Positions 41,625 through 55,029 of a stretch of DNA of 64,000 nt are shown here, piece after piece. A model generated the notes under the pieces. It searched no databases, had not been told where the DNA came from, and saw only the letters and a list, made by a program, of their open reading frames with translations. The translations under genes and the position numbers were made by a program. Source of the stretch: Octopus vulgaris (Eukaryota); NCBI GenBank assembly GCA_951406725.2, contig OX597830.1:19964001-20028000 (forward strand), in the 5' to 3' direction. Within the stretch, counting starts at the first letter, position 1. The number at the start of each line of letters is the position of its first letter.

Positions 41625-42340
41625 TAACCGGAAACGGAGGCTCTAGTCTGTGCTGCCCAAGAGCAAGCAGTAAGAACAAACTACATAAAATACAGAATAG
41701 ACAACACAGCAGAAAGTGATAAGTGCAGAATCTGTGGACAAAATGGAGAAACCGTATGGCATATTACCGGCCAATGTACACCAATAGCCCAGAAGGAATA
41801 TAAGAGACGCCACGACAATATAGCCGGGCTTGTCCATTGGACACTTTGCCACAAGTATGGACTTGACAGAGCAAAAAATTGGTACGACCACAAACCTGAA
41901 GGCATTGTCGAAAATAGAAATGCAATGATCCTATTGGATTTTAGGATTTAGTGCGACCATGAGATAGAGGATAGGAAGCCGGACAGAAAGAAAACAAACT
42001 ATGCTGGATCATAAATATAGCATGCCCAAGGTATGCGATAAGGAAGAACGAAAAGTCGAGAGATATGACAGGTTAGCTTGAGATGTTAAGCAGTTGTAGT
42101 CGATGAAAAAGGTAGCAGTAGTACCAAGAATTGTGGGAGCCCTAGGAACAGAGATTAAAAATCTCCAAAAAGTACGTGGAACAAATAGGAGCTGCAATAA
42201 GGGGGAAGCGATTGCAGAAAACAGCACTGCTTGGAACCGCTCGAATACTCCGGAAGGTGCTCGAAAAATAAGACGTGTTACCTTTAGTTCACTGGTAGTA
42301 CATCTCCAGCGTTAGAAGCTGTGCAAAGGCAATAATAACA

Positions 42341-42414
<74 letters not shown>
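41625..42414 (+). mobile_element. R4/Dong-clade non-LTR retrotransposon 3' end (CCHC knuckle plus restriction-like endonuclease), pseudogenised, (TAA)n tail
   Basis: ETEALVCAAQEQAVRT..CRICGQNGETVWHITGQC..YKRRHDNIA..ILLDF..DRKPD..VVPRIVGALG..LQKTALLGTARILRKVLEK*, with stops and frameshifts; absent from the ORF track. Confidence 0.93.
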
Positions 42415-42415
<1 letters not shown>

Positions 42416-43100
42416 TTGTAGATATTAAAGTTTTTAAAGATGATCATTTGTGAGTTCGTCCAGAGAAAACTGAATATAATCAAGTCTGTAAATTGTTTAA
42501 GTAAAGATAGCCAGAGGCGTTTAAGAGTGTTCTAGCAGAGAAATTTTTTACATATTTGGCTATTCACAGTACAGTGAAAGTTCTTAAAGATGATCATTTG
42601 TGTGTTCACGGAAAGTTTTACTTTTCACATAATATTGTAGATATTAATGTTTTTAATTGATGATCGTTTGTGTGTCCGTCCAGAGAATACTGTAGATAGT
42701 CAAGTTTTTAAAGTTATTTAGAATGAGATTTTAAATACTCGCAGAGAATTATAGATACTTCAGTTTTCAAAAAATGTTTTTTGGTACTAATAGAATGTTT
42801 GTGTATATATATATAATTTCTATATATATAAATTGCTTAAGTTGGATAACCGGAGGCGTCTAAGAGTGTTCTTAGAGAGTGTTCTAAGAGAAAAAAGGGA
42901 TGTTTGCGTATTTGGCTAGTCAGAGAGAAAAGACGAGTTTTGGGTATTCACAGGAAATTGTAGGTATTAGAGTTTTTAAAGATGATTGTTTGTGTGTTTG
43001 TCCAGAGAAAATTGTAGATAATCAAGATTTTACAGCTAATTAGAATGAGATTTTAGGTACTCACGGAAAATTTTAGATATTCCAGTTTTTTTAAAGTTGT
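42415..43100. repeat. Degenerate local tandem duplications
   Basis: attgtag.tatta.agttttta.agatgat..tttgtg.gt..gtccagagaa recurs at about 42415, 42634 and 42957. Confidence 0.8.
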
Positions 43101-43254
43101 TTTTCAGTTGTAGTAGAATTCCTGTGTCTTCAGCTGCTGACTTATCAGAGCAGCGAAAGACACGTCCAGCTCAGGAGTCGGGAAGACACTCGGCAAGAAA
43201 TGAAAGCAAATTTGAAAGAAGAAGAAAAACTCATAAATAATAATAATAATAATA

Positions 43255-43348
<94 letters not shown>

Positions 43349-43350
<2 letters not shown>

Positions 43351-43720
43351 TCAGTAAAGGAATTTTACAAGTTAAGTAAATACAAAAGATATGGAATCTT
43401 AAAGCGAGAACTGTTCCTGTTATCGTGGGTGCCCTAGGTATGATAAGAAAGGGATGTCAGAAATATCTAGATAACATCCCAGGAGAATCATGCGTCAGAG
43501 ATATCCAAAAATTGTGTTGAAAAGTACTGGCCTCATCCTTAGAAAAATCCTGTCAGTTTAAATGTGTGTTGTGTTACATGAAGATATTTCCCTACTGCTT
43601 CTGCCACTTCCCCTCTCAAAGCTTTCAGTCATTAGAACATCTTTATCCTTCACTCGCCCTTGGACGCTGGGTGTGTCTCGGCGAGTGATTATAACAAATA
43701 TACAGATTATTAAAGGTAAA
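43349..43720 (+). mobile_element. Second R4/Dong-clade 3' fragment, embedded in (TAA)n
   Basis: WNLKARTVPVIVGALGMIRKGCQKYLDNIPG..IQK..STGLILRKILSV*, then 3' UTR; TAA runs on both sides. Confidence 0.85.
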
Positions 43721-43743
43721 TAATAATAATAATAATAATAATG

Positions 43744-43869
<126 letters not shown>

Positions 43870-43885
43870 GTAATAATAATAATAA

Positions 43886-44100
43886 GGGTTTCAAACTTTG
43901 GCACAAAGCCATCATTTTCGGAAGAGGGGCTGAGTCGATTACATCGACCCTAGTGTTCTACTGGTACTTATTTTATCGATCTCGAAAGGATGAGAGGCAA
44001 AGTCGACCTCGACGTTATTTGAATTCAGAACGTGAAGACGGACTAAATGCCACTAAGCATTTCGCCCGGCGTGCTAACGATTCTGCCACCTCGTCGCCTT
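43886..44100 (-). mobile_element. SINE family A, tail type 3
   Basis: gtttcaaactttggcacaaagcca..ggcaaagtcgacctc..ttcgcccggcgtgctaacgattctgcca. Confidence 0.88.
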
Positions 44101-44196
44101 CTGTGAATATTAATCAGCTTTGTTAAATGGAATTAATTAATAAGAGAAGCACGAAATAAATAACGTCGAATAAAATATGTGAGCATAATAATATTT

Positions 44197-44640
44197 TTTT
44201 TATTTCTTTGTTGCCCACACGGGGCTAAATATAGAGAGGACAAACAAGGACAGACAAAGGAGTTAAGTCGATTATATCGACCCAGTGCGTAACTGGTACT
44301 TATTTAATCGACCCCGAAAAGGATGAAAGGCAAAGTCAACTTCGGCGAAATTTGAACTCAGCATTTCGTATTTCGTCTGCCGCTATATGAGCACAATAAT
44401 ATTTATATTTCTTTACAACACACAAGGGGCTAAACATAGATGGGGACAAACAAGGACAGACAAAGGGATTAAGTCGATTACATCGACCCCAGTGCGTAAC
44501 TGGTACTTAATTTATCGACCCTGAAAAGATGAAAGGCAAAGTCGACCTCGGCGGAGTTTAAACTTAGAATTTAACGACAGACGAAATACTGCTAAGCATT
44601 TCGCCCGGCGTGCTAACGTTTCTGCCAGCTCGCCGCCCTT
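44197..44640 (-). mobile_element. Two family A SINEs inserted at one site (44197-44383, 44406-44640), each with a target-site duplication
   Basis: TSD-like tatgtgagcataataatattt / tatatgagcacaataatattt and ataatattta / ataatattta. Confidence 0.9.
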
Positions 44641-45244
44641 ATAATATTTAACATGTCCGTGTACACCCGGAGATGGAAAGCCATGCTGCCAAAAAAAAAC
44701 AAAAAAACAAAATACATGTCTTCAGAGATAAAAATTCTGTTTATGTTTATAGAAAATAAGTGTGAAAAAAAAAAACACCAATGGACTATGAGTGACGTCA
44801 TTAAACGACGCATGCGTTTTTGTGTCGTTACGCGTCGTTACGCATCATATAATCCAGATACCGAGTCATCATTCATAGCCACTAAAATCCTGTAGATCTT
44901 GAAATTAGAACAGAAAGCATTAGATTTACTTGCGTGTAGACAGCTTTGCTAAGGTGAAATCAATTAATTAATTACAGAAACACTAAACAACGTTGAATGA
45001 AATATAGGTGAGCACAATCGTATTTAACGTTTACACCCGGAAACGGAAGGATATACGCTGCAGAAATCGTCTCGAGATGGGGGAAATATCCATTGTCCTT
45101 GTAGTAACAATTGGTCTATGAATGACGTAACTTAGCAATCATGTTAAATATGCTTGTACACATCTATGTTTCATTCATCGCGGCTTAGTGCGCCTCTAAG
45201 TAATTTAAATTGATACGAATTGTTGCTGCTGTTGCTGTTGAGCG

Positions 45245-45609
45245 AAGGGTCTTCGTCCCAGAGCTCGCAAGATGGGAGAAGTCCGAAACGTGGTCCTTTT
45301 CTATTCGTAAGACCCGCAGAAGAGAAAGCAGGTCAACCCCCTATACCGAGAGCATCGACTGATGGATGAATGCGCATCCAGGCTCAGCGGTTGCGTAGGA
45401 AGTCGGGGACAAGAAACAGGAAGAAAGAGTGAGAGAAAGTTGTGGCGAAAGAGTACAACAGGGGTCGCCACCACCCCCTGCCAGAGCCTCGTGGAGCCTT
45501 TAGGTGTTTTCGCTCAATAAACACACACAACGCCCGGTCTGGGAATCGAAACTGCGATCCTCCGACCGCGAGTCCGCTGTCCTAACCATTGGGTCATTGC
45601 GCCTCCACC
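45245..45609 (-). mobile_element. tRNA-derived SINE, family D
   Basis: Minus-strand head gtggaggcgcaatgacccaatggttagg..gtttcgattcccagacc with A/B-box-like motifs and a GC-richer body; 3' limit uncertain. Confidence 0.7.
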
Positions 45610-46011
45610 TTTGCTGCTATTGCCGTCTTGTCCCAAGTGAGCTCGGTTTGAGAAGATATATGACACCTAGATAGTTGGCTGAATGACAAGGTATCACTTA
45701 CGTAGATGCCCAGTCGTTGAATCGTATCTCCGTTTAGCTGAGGTCCACACAACATATTCCGACATGCAGCCGAGGCCCACACGACATATTCCGACATATT
45801 CCGGAATGGTAAAGATGCAATATGACGGTATGGAAATATACATTTCCTTCAATAGCCATCTATGTATTATAATCAGTGTATACACACCACTGATAGGTCC
45901 CAAGATAATATCTCTTATGGACGTGCTGGCCTATCGACAGTGTATAAACATTAAATATAATACGTAGATAGCTATTTTAATTTAACACCGCCCCAATTAC
46001 CTATACTGTAG

Positions 46012-46130
46012 AGGTGCATGGCTTAGCGGTTAGGGTGTTGGACTCATGATCGAAAGATTGTGGTTTCGATTCCTGGACCGGGCGACGCGTTATGTTCTTA
46101 AGCAAAACACTTTATTTCACGTTGTGCCAG
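46012..46130 (+). mobile_element. SINE family C, 5' part
   Basis: Matches the head of the copy at 35592. Confidence 0.85.
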
Positions 46131-46239
46131 GCTGAGGACGACACAGGATACCCCGCCATGTAGTGATGAGGTCGATGCACCATACCCCGCCATGCAGTGA
46201 TGAGTCGTACAAAGGACAGTTGACAGCCTCCATATATTT

Positions 46240-46440
46240 TATTCTTTTATTTGTTTCAGTCACTTGACTGCGGCCATGCTGGAGCACCGCCTTTAGTCGA
46301 ACATATCAACCCCAGACTTATTCTTTTTAAGCCTAGTACTTATTCTATCAGCCTTCTTTTTTTTTGCCGAACAGCTAAGTGACGGGGACGTAAATACACC
46401 AACATTGGTTGTCATAAACACACCAAACATACGCACCAAA

Positions 46441-46481
<41 letters not shown>

Positions 46482-46645
46482 ACTATGGTCTTCTTTCATT
46501 TTCCATCTACCAAATCCACTCACAAGGCTTTGGTCGGCCCGAGGCTATAGTAGAAGACACTTGCCCAAGGTACCACGCAGTGGGACTGAACCCAGAACAA
46601 TGTGGTTGGTAAGCAAGGTTCTTACCACACAGCCACTACTGTGCC
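46240..46645 (-). mobile_element. SINE family B
   Basis: Reverse complement of the family consensus. Confidence 0.9.
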
Positions 46646-46967
46646 TATGGCCACTCCTGCGCCAATATACTCACTTTTATGGTTTTTCTAGTTCTTGCAT
46701 CATGTTTTCATCTCGAATCCGAGTCCCGTAGAAACATGCTCTGATATGCTGTGAAGAATCACAAAAGAGGAATGAGAGTCCGGACAAATAAACTCGCTTC
46801 TCTGTTAAATTTGTTATTGTACGCCCACGCATCAATGCAGTAAAGTCTATTAGACCCTAGGTGTTTGAGGTGTAAAACTGGGACTGCGTCTGGCCCAGGG
46901 AGTGTTTGAGTTTACATGTCTTTAGGGGCTCGCTCGTTGGGTCTATTTTATTACTAGTTGTGGTGCA

Positions 46968-47011
<44 letters not shown>

Positions 47012-49631
47012 CAGCAGCAGCAGTAGTAGTAGTAGTAGTAGTAGTAGGAATAGTAGTAGTAGTGGTGGTTGTAGTGGTGGTGGTGGTGGTGGTGGTGGTG
47101 ATGGTTGTGGTGGTGACGGTAGCAGTACTAGTAGTAGTAGTAGTGTTGGTGGTGGTGGTGTTAGTAGTAGTGGTGGTGGTGGTGCTCCCAGCAGCAGCAG
47201 CAGCAGCAGTAGCAGTAGCAGTAGTAGTAGTAGTAGTAGTATACAGTCGGTGGGGGTGGGCGAGGTTAATGTTGGTGGTGGCCTGAAGATTGTGATATTG
47301 TCGGTGGCGATTACTCGGAGTGTGACAATGGCGTTGTGTATAGCAGTGATAGTTACAGTTCGCCAAGGTATTATCCGAAAGACATTAGGTGCGTATGTAC
47401 TTGTATGTGTCTGAGCATGTGTGCGTGTGCGCGTGTAGATGTATATGCGTGCGTGTGCATGTGAGTTCGTATGTGTGTGTGTGTGTGAGTTTGAATGCTT
47501 GCGTGTGTATGTCAGCGCGTGCGTGTGTCTATACAGCGATCAGAACGATTTAATCAGTAACAACATCACTGCCGTGCAAAAGGACAAATTATGACTTGTC
47601 ATCTCCGATGACATCTCCTGTATGCAACCCCATTCCCTCGATTTCCCCCTCTTTCCTCCTCCTTCTTCTACTTTCCATCCTCTCCCTGCTACCACTTTTC
47701 TACCTCTTCTCGCTCCAGCTTCCCTCCGTCTTAATAGTATCTCATCCTTCCCCTTCCTTCACCTCACCTCCAAACACTTAATGCTTTCTTTACCTCGCTA
47801 TTACTTCCTTGCTTGTTCCAAGAACAACAATACAACAACAAACTATACCTGCAATAACCACAAGCGTAACTAGAATAACAATGATACATTCGACAATAAC
47901 GATAACAGCAACGATAGCGACAGCAGCAACAACAAGAAGAACAATAACAACGAGAATAACAACGGTAATTCCACATGCTAGAAATAACAAACAAATTTCC
48001 TGTTGTCTTCAGAAATGAAGGATAACGTTAAGGATAATACTGTGTGGTGTGACTCCCGTAACACTAATCTCTGGTTATACTACCTCTGGAAAGCAATACT
48101 GGATGGTCGTGTATGGAATGGTTTTCATCATCGGTTTATTATTATTATTATTATTTCTTTTTCAGGACTGACTTGGGGTATCCCCAACCACAATATCAAC
48201 AACATATGAACAAACACAACAACAACAACGGCAATGGTAATAATAACAGCAGAAGCCACTACAATAACAATAATGATAATATGACAACAATAACAACTAC
48301 AACAACATCGATATCAACATCTATAACATTGACAACAACGAAAACAACATCCGAAATGAAAATAACAATAACAATGGCGATAAAAACAACGATAATCATC
48401 AGCGCCACCACCACCACAACCACCACCGCCACTACCACCACCACTACAACCACCGCCACTGCCACCACCACCTCTACTACTACTACTACAACCACCGCCA
48501 CTACCACCACCACCACTACCACCACCAACACTACAACCACCGCCACTAACACCACCACAACAATCACCATCGTCATAATCGCAACCACCACGCCACCACC
48601 ATCACCATCATCACCACCACCATTCTATCAACACCACCATCACCGTCACCACAAACACACGTACACACCGCCACCACCACAACCTCCACCACCACAACCA
48701 CCACCATCATCACCACTACCACCACCACTGTAACAACAACAATAACAGGAATAAAATATGATCTATGAAAACAGTAATTTTCCTGTCAACCCCCTCTCTC
48801 CCTCTACGCGCTACTCCTCTTCCTCTTCTCTCTCCTCCACTTCTCCCCCCATCCCTCATCCACCATCGCCCTCGTACCCCTCCTGCCCTGCACCACAACC
48901 CCTCCACCACCACGACACGCTTGGCTCGTTGTATTTTGCTGCACCACCTACCACGCCACACCTCCGCCCGTTTCCTTACTTCGCAAACGTTGACTACCCT
49001 CCACACTCCCCTCCACCCTCCCCAGCCGTCCACCTCCGCCTCAGCGCTCCCCCTCCCCCGCACCCCCTACCGCTCATCCGTCACCGCCGCGTCCCGCACC
49101 GCTGAGCCTCATTTACCGCGTTTGTTCCATCTTCATCTGCCATGATGCTTCTTCTGTTTCTTCGACGCCGCCTCCAAATACTACAACCAATGCCACCACC
49201 TCCAACACCACCACCAACAACAACAACAACATCAACAACACTACCACCACTACCTCCCCCGCCCCAGCACTGCTGCCTCAACTACAATTTCTATATTAAC
49301 GATACCACCTTTGATACCACCGCCATCATCGTTAGCACCACCTTGTTCTACGACAACCGTTACCGCCAACACCACCACTACCACCACCAGCACTACTATC
49401 GCCACCACCACCACCACTACCACCATCTCTACTACTACTACTGCTAATGCTGCTGCTGCTGTCGCGGTAGTCACCACTACCACCACCACCACCGCCATCA
49501 TTAAGTGCCACCACCATCCTCCATCATCAGTTTCCTGTAGCTACATTTGTATGTAAATATTGAGCTTCTCCAAGACTCCAAATTTATCTGTCTTATGTTT
49601 ATATCTGTCAATTGTTTATGTATGTGTGTAG

Positions 49632-49686
<55 letters not shown>

Positions 49687-49820
49687 GGTATGTATGTGTG
49701 TGCGTGTGTGTATGTATTATTTCTGTGTGTGTGTATATATATACATATATACATATAAATAATTTATTTTATAATATATATACACACAAACACACACACA
49801 CATATATATATACACATCTA

Positions 49821-49855
<35 letters not shown>

Positions 49856-49899
49856 GTATATATATATATACCCTTCTATCCATGTACCTATCTATCTAC

Positions 49900-49911
49900 C
49901 TACGTACCTAC

Positions 49912-49966
<55 letters not shown>

Positions 49967-50027
49967 ACTATCTATCTATCTATCTATCTATCGATCTATC
50001 TATCTTTCTACCTATCTACCTACCTTC

Positions 50028-50092
<65 letters not shown>

Positions 50093-50093
50093 C

Positions 50094-50150
<57 letters not shown>

Positions 50151-50168
50151 CCTACCTATCTATCTATA

Positions 50169-50222
<54 letters not shown>

Positions 50223-50223
50223 C

Positions 50224-50285
<62 letters not shown>

Positions 50286-50355
50286 GTCTGTCTGCCTGTC
50301 TGTGTAGCTACCTACCTACCTACCTACCTACCTACCTATCCACCTATCTACCTAT
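49900..50355. repeat. Long (CTAT)n/(CTAC)n tetranucleotide microsatellite
   Basis: About 450 bp, read directly. Confidence 0.98.
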
Positions 50356-51172
50356 TTGGCCGTGTCTCTATCTCTGTCTCGCTACCTTATTCCTAACATC
50401 AATGCGTTTATCGGCCTCTTTCTCTTTCTTACTCCGCGCGCACCTCACTCCACGCTCCTCACCTTCCTTTCTCTTCCCCGCCCCGCCTTCCACCTTTTTC
50501 CTCACCCTCATCCACGCACCCACCCACCTCCATCTCTCAGCTCCATCCTTCTTCGTCTGCTAACGTCTAAACATAAACGAGGACAGGCAAAACGACAAAA
50601 GATGAAAGTGCCAGGAACAAACAACACAGAAGAACCGCCACCACAAGCACCAAATAACCTTTTTTTTATTTCTCTTCTGCAGGAGATAGCATCCGCCACG
50701 CTTCACTGCGTAGATGTCAGTCGCTATCATCGCCACCGCCGCCATAGTTATCCACCTTCCTCACCTTCGCCTTCGCCTTCAGCACCGCCGCCATTATTGT
50801 CTTTCGCCGTCGACGCCATTGCTTCGATCAAGCAACTTCCATCGCCGTCTCTCGTTTTCGAGAATAACACCCATCATTTGCTATCAGCCATCTCTTTACC
50901 ATTTAACCATCAACACAATTATTAGCGCCGCACTTACCGTGTCCACCACCACCGACACCACCGACACCAACGCCACCGGTCTCGTTGCCACCTGCGCCGC
51001 CACCGCGTCACCCGTCACCCGTCGCCGCCGCTGCCAGTTTCACCCTTAACACCACTGTCATTACTCCCGCCACTACCCACTACCACCAACACCACAATTC
51101 CTCTCACCACCACCACCACCACCACCATCATCATCATCATTATCATCGTCACCATCATCATCATCGCATTGC

Positions 51173-51252
<80 letters not shown>

Positions 51253-51764
51253 TTACACGTCCCTGCCAACAGCAGTTCATCGCCATAACGAATAAGGGTG
51301 CAGGTATGGCGTCGTGTGGATTAGAAAGAAGTTCGATTGGCAACCAAACGGTTCCAGGATCGATCCATGTGCGCGGCATCTTGAGTAATTACCTTCTACG
51401 GTTTGATTGGAATTTTGCCAAACCAAAACTGTGCAGAAGCCTGTCACACGTCGGTATGCCTGACAAAATGATAGTATTATGTAAGCATTAGATATTGGGG
51501 TGGGGGGCTACATGTGCCAGAAAGTCAATGTTTCAACCGTATCACGCTCCTTAAACTTAAACTGGATTATCCCCAGTGTTTTATATTTTACGTCTAATTT
51601 TTTTCTGATTCCAACCAAAGGTTGCAGCTGTGCTGGGGACTACTTTCAGTGTGATTGATTCTTATTTCACACTCAATTTCCGGTATTCTCTCCTGAACTG
51701 TTTCTGGTGAGCTGTTTTTCTTTGTGTTTCCTGCCGCAATGTAGGATCATCTGGCACCTCAGAT

Positions 51765-52500
51765 AATATATTCAGAAGAGATTTTTTCTGTTTGGCAGCA
51801 CCTGCGGAAATTTTAAAGTTTAGTGAAAATTTTAAGATTTGGTGTATTGGTGTAATTTTCCACGCTGAATCTCAGGAGATAATTTACTTCTTCCAGAAAT
51901 TTAGTAAAAAAAATGTAGCAGAGGCTTAAAGTTTGATCATTTTTACCCAGTCAGAAAGCAGTATTTGGAAGCTGTCATTTTGTGCATGACTGCGCGTGTT
52001 GTCAACTGTAAACTAATGAAATAATGGTGGGATTCTGCTTTATGCACGCCATATAACACCTCAGAACGTTTTTATTTTTTTAACATTTCGGGAATTCGTA
52101 CGTTTATGCAACCCCAACTCCAACAAATCTTCATGCTAGGTTTAAGACCTATTTAGCTGTTACTTTTAGCGCATCTCAAGCTGCATGTGTTTTAAGCATT
52201 TGAATAAGCAACAAAAAGAAAAAGAAGTAAGCAGCTAGGAAACAGCTTGCTTTGTTACTATGGAAACAAGCACCTAGATGTCTGTGGCTTTCCTTTGGCT
52301 AAAATTACCCAAAACTTGCAAACTTTAAAAGCTATTGATTCTTTATTTATCGATTTACGACGATGAATTTCACGTCAAGATTACTTTACAAAACTACACC
52401 AATACACCAAATATGGAATCAGTTGGAACAGAAATTGAAGAAATTGAAAAGAGGCAGTCAAACAGAAAAGATCTTTCAAATGTTCTTTGAAAATATTCAT
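51765..52500. mobile_element. Decayed foldback/long-TIR DNA element
   Basis: Perfect 18-bp inverted pair 51837-51854 / 52395-52412, plus nested weaker pairs (ttttctgtttg / caaacagaaaa and ttaaagtttg / caaactttaa). Confidence 0.6.
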
Positions 52501-52527
52501 ACCTACACCTCGCAGAACTAATAATTA

Positions 52528-52763
52528 AAGTCGGTGAGCTGGCAGAAACGTTAGCACACCGGGCGAAATGCGTAGCCGTATTTCGTCTGCCGTTACGTTC
52601 TGAGTTCGAATTCTGCCGAGGTCGACTTTGCGTTTCATCCTTTCGGGGTCGATAAATTAAGTACCAGTTACGCACTGGAGTCAATGTAATCGACTTAATC
52701 CCTTTGTCTGTCCTTATTTGCCCTTTCTATGTTTAGCCCCTTGTGGGCAATAAAGAAATAAAG
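52528..52763 (+). mobile_element. Full-length SINE family A, tail type 1
   Basis: Colinear with 8631-8867. Confidence 0.92.
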
Positions 52764-53152
52764 AACTAACAATTATGGTTGATGTGGAGGAATCATTCAA
52801 AAATAGACTATTCTAATTTTCTGAGACGAATCTGTATATTTCTGCATAATGTTTGTGAGGTAAGATATTCCCTTCATCAGCTCTTAACTAGGTATCACAA
52901 TGGTTTCAGTATCTGCCAAAAGTATCGCTCCTTAAAACGTCGTCGAGTAGCAAAGATGTAACTAGAGTGTGTCCAATTTTGTTTTCATCCGAGGTGTAAG
53001 GCGCTTTTCCTCCTCTGATAACCATAATTCTACCAGATCGAACTGGTTGCAGGTCTAGCCAATCAAATGAAACTAAACAGTACATTACATTTCGTGATTT
53101 GAATTTTGTTCACAATTTTGGCCCTTTCCTCATTCTCTTTTTCTTTTAATGT

Positions 53153-53221
<69 letters not shown>

Positions 53222-53539
53222 CTCTATTGGAGTATATTGTGTTTTAACTCTTTTAGTAGTTTCAGCTCGAAAGTTGCGGTCATGCTGGGGCACCACCGTT
53301 GTAGTTTATGAATCAATGTTCTCTCATTCTTTCTCAGTCCGATGCCGGCCATGTAGGATTTAGCTCCGATGTTACCACACCTAACCCTACTAGAAGCTCC
53401 GTAAACATCCATCCTCATGTCACACACGATTTTCAGTAGCTTTTATATTTTAGGACCTGCGCCATATCAATTCCTCAAAGCATTATGACTCAATAAGCAG
53501 TATTTTCTTGTTTTATCAGGTCAGATCTTTGTATATAAC

Positions 53540-53650
53540 TAGTATTTATTCTATCGGCCTCTCTTGCCGAACCGCTAAGTGACGGGGACGTAAACACACC
53601 AGCATCGGTTGTCAAGCGATGCTGGGGGACAAACACAGACGCACAAACAT

Positions 53651-53710
<60 letters not shown>

Positions 53711-53917
53711 TTAGAAGCCCGTCGTATATATATATATATATATATATATATACGACGGGCTTCTTTCAGTTTCCGTCTACCACATCTACTCACAAGGCTT
53801 TGGTCGGCCCGAGTCTATAGTAGAAGACACTTGCCCAAGGTGCCACGCAGTGGGATTGAACCCGGAACAATGTGGTTGGTAAGCAAGCTACTTACCACAA
53901 AGCTACTCCTGTGCCTG
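53540..53917 (-). mobile_element. SINE family B, 3'-truncated, with an internal palindrome
   Basis: Reverse complement of the family consensus; palindrome at 53713-53764. Confidence 0.9.
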
Positions 53918-54854
53918 TATGTGTAACTTTCTCCGATAAAAGGCCTTTTGGATCAATGTTTAACCTCCTCCACCGTCCCCCCATTACCAGTGGAGGAAGG
54001 TAAACAGTAAAAACGACAACCTTGCAGGCGCCTAAAAGTGGACATTAAATTTCTAGAAATAGCTGTTAAATCTCACGCAAAGGACTCGCAGCTTTTTTCA
54101 ACGAGTAGCCGAATATCCCACAAACCACACTTTATCATCTTAAAAACAAAGAAACGATACATTGGAAAAATATATTCGTAGATATCCTGTCACGGAATAA
54201 ATGCCGGAGTGGACACGGTTGGAGTGCTGTCGATTATGTGTCTATTTATTCAAAGTTTCCTAGGGTCTAAATAGCTACAATCAAAATGTACCTAATTCAC
54301 TCTACTGCCTGCCCGTCTGTCTGCCTGCCTGTCTCTCTCCCTCTCTCCCTAACTCCCCCTCCATTTCTCTCCCCCTCTCTCTCCCTTTCTGTTACTGACA
54401 TGCATGTGAGTGTGCATTTATTAGTATGTGTGCGTATGCATATTTTATGCTTATGCGTCTGAGTATACATGCATATATGCATCTATGTTAATTTTATTTC
54501 GTCTTTGTATCAGGTTTGCAAGATTCTTTGTGTGGATTTGTGTGTTGAAGCAAATTATGTTGTGTCTGGGGAACAGTCTTATTGTCTTAATGCCTTATTA
54601 TCTAACACACTCACCGGTTCCATTTCCACTCGTTTATTGTTTGTTTTTCTGACAAAATTTTCGTTGTTTTTGCAAACTTATCAACGGATGTTGACTCTGT
54701 TCATTATCGGAGCTGCATTCTTTTTTTTATTTTGCCTGTGCGTATGTTTGTGCGTCAGTGTGCATGTGTGCTTATGTGTGTGTGTGTGTGCTCGTCTGTC
54801 CTTATTATCTATGTACCTGTCTACCTATCGACCTACCTGTCTATCTACTTACCT

Positions 54855-54965
54855 TTTTGATTTTAATCACCTTACTTTGAAATTGTATGGATAATACCGT
54901 ACTAAATTCTGGTGCCTCAACTTAAGTACCATATTCATCTGAATCTAATTTTTTGCTGAACTTAT
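54855..54965 (+). mobile_element. 5'-truncated copy of the 3' end of the hammerhead-bearing element
   Basis: 110/111 identical to 15686-15796. Confidence 0.93.
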
Positions 54966-55029
54966 CTACTTACCTATGTATCTATCTGTTTAACTACATA
55001 TTCATTTACCTACCTACTTAACTATGTAT

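Noticed and set aside
43130-43175. agctg-ctgactta..gaaagacacgtc-cagct hammerhead-like arrangement
   Set aside because: Core is not CUGAnGA and stem III mispairs; better explained as a small hairpin.
46149-46205. Short direct repeats (ataccccgccatg.agtgatgag twice; similar pairs near 2838-2878 and 45738-45798)
   Set aside because: Two-copy slippage duplications with no further structure.
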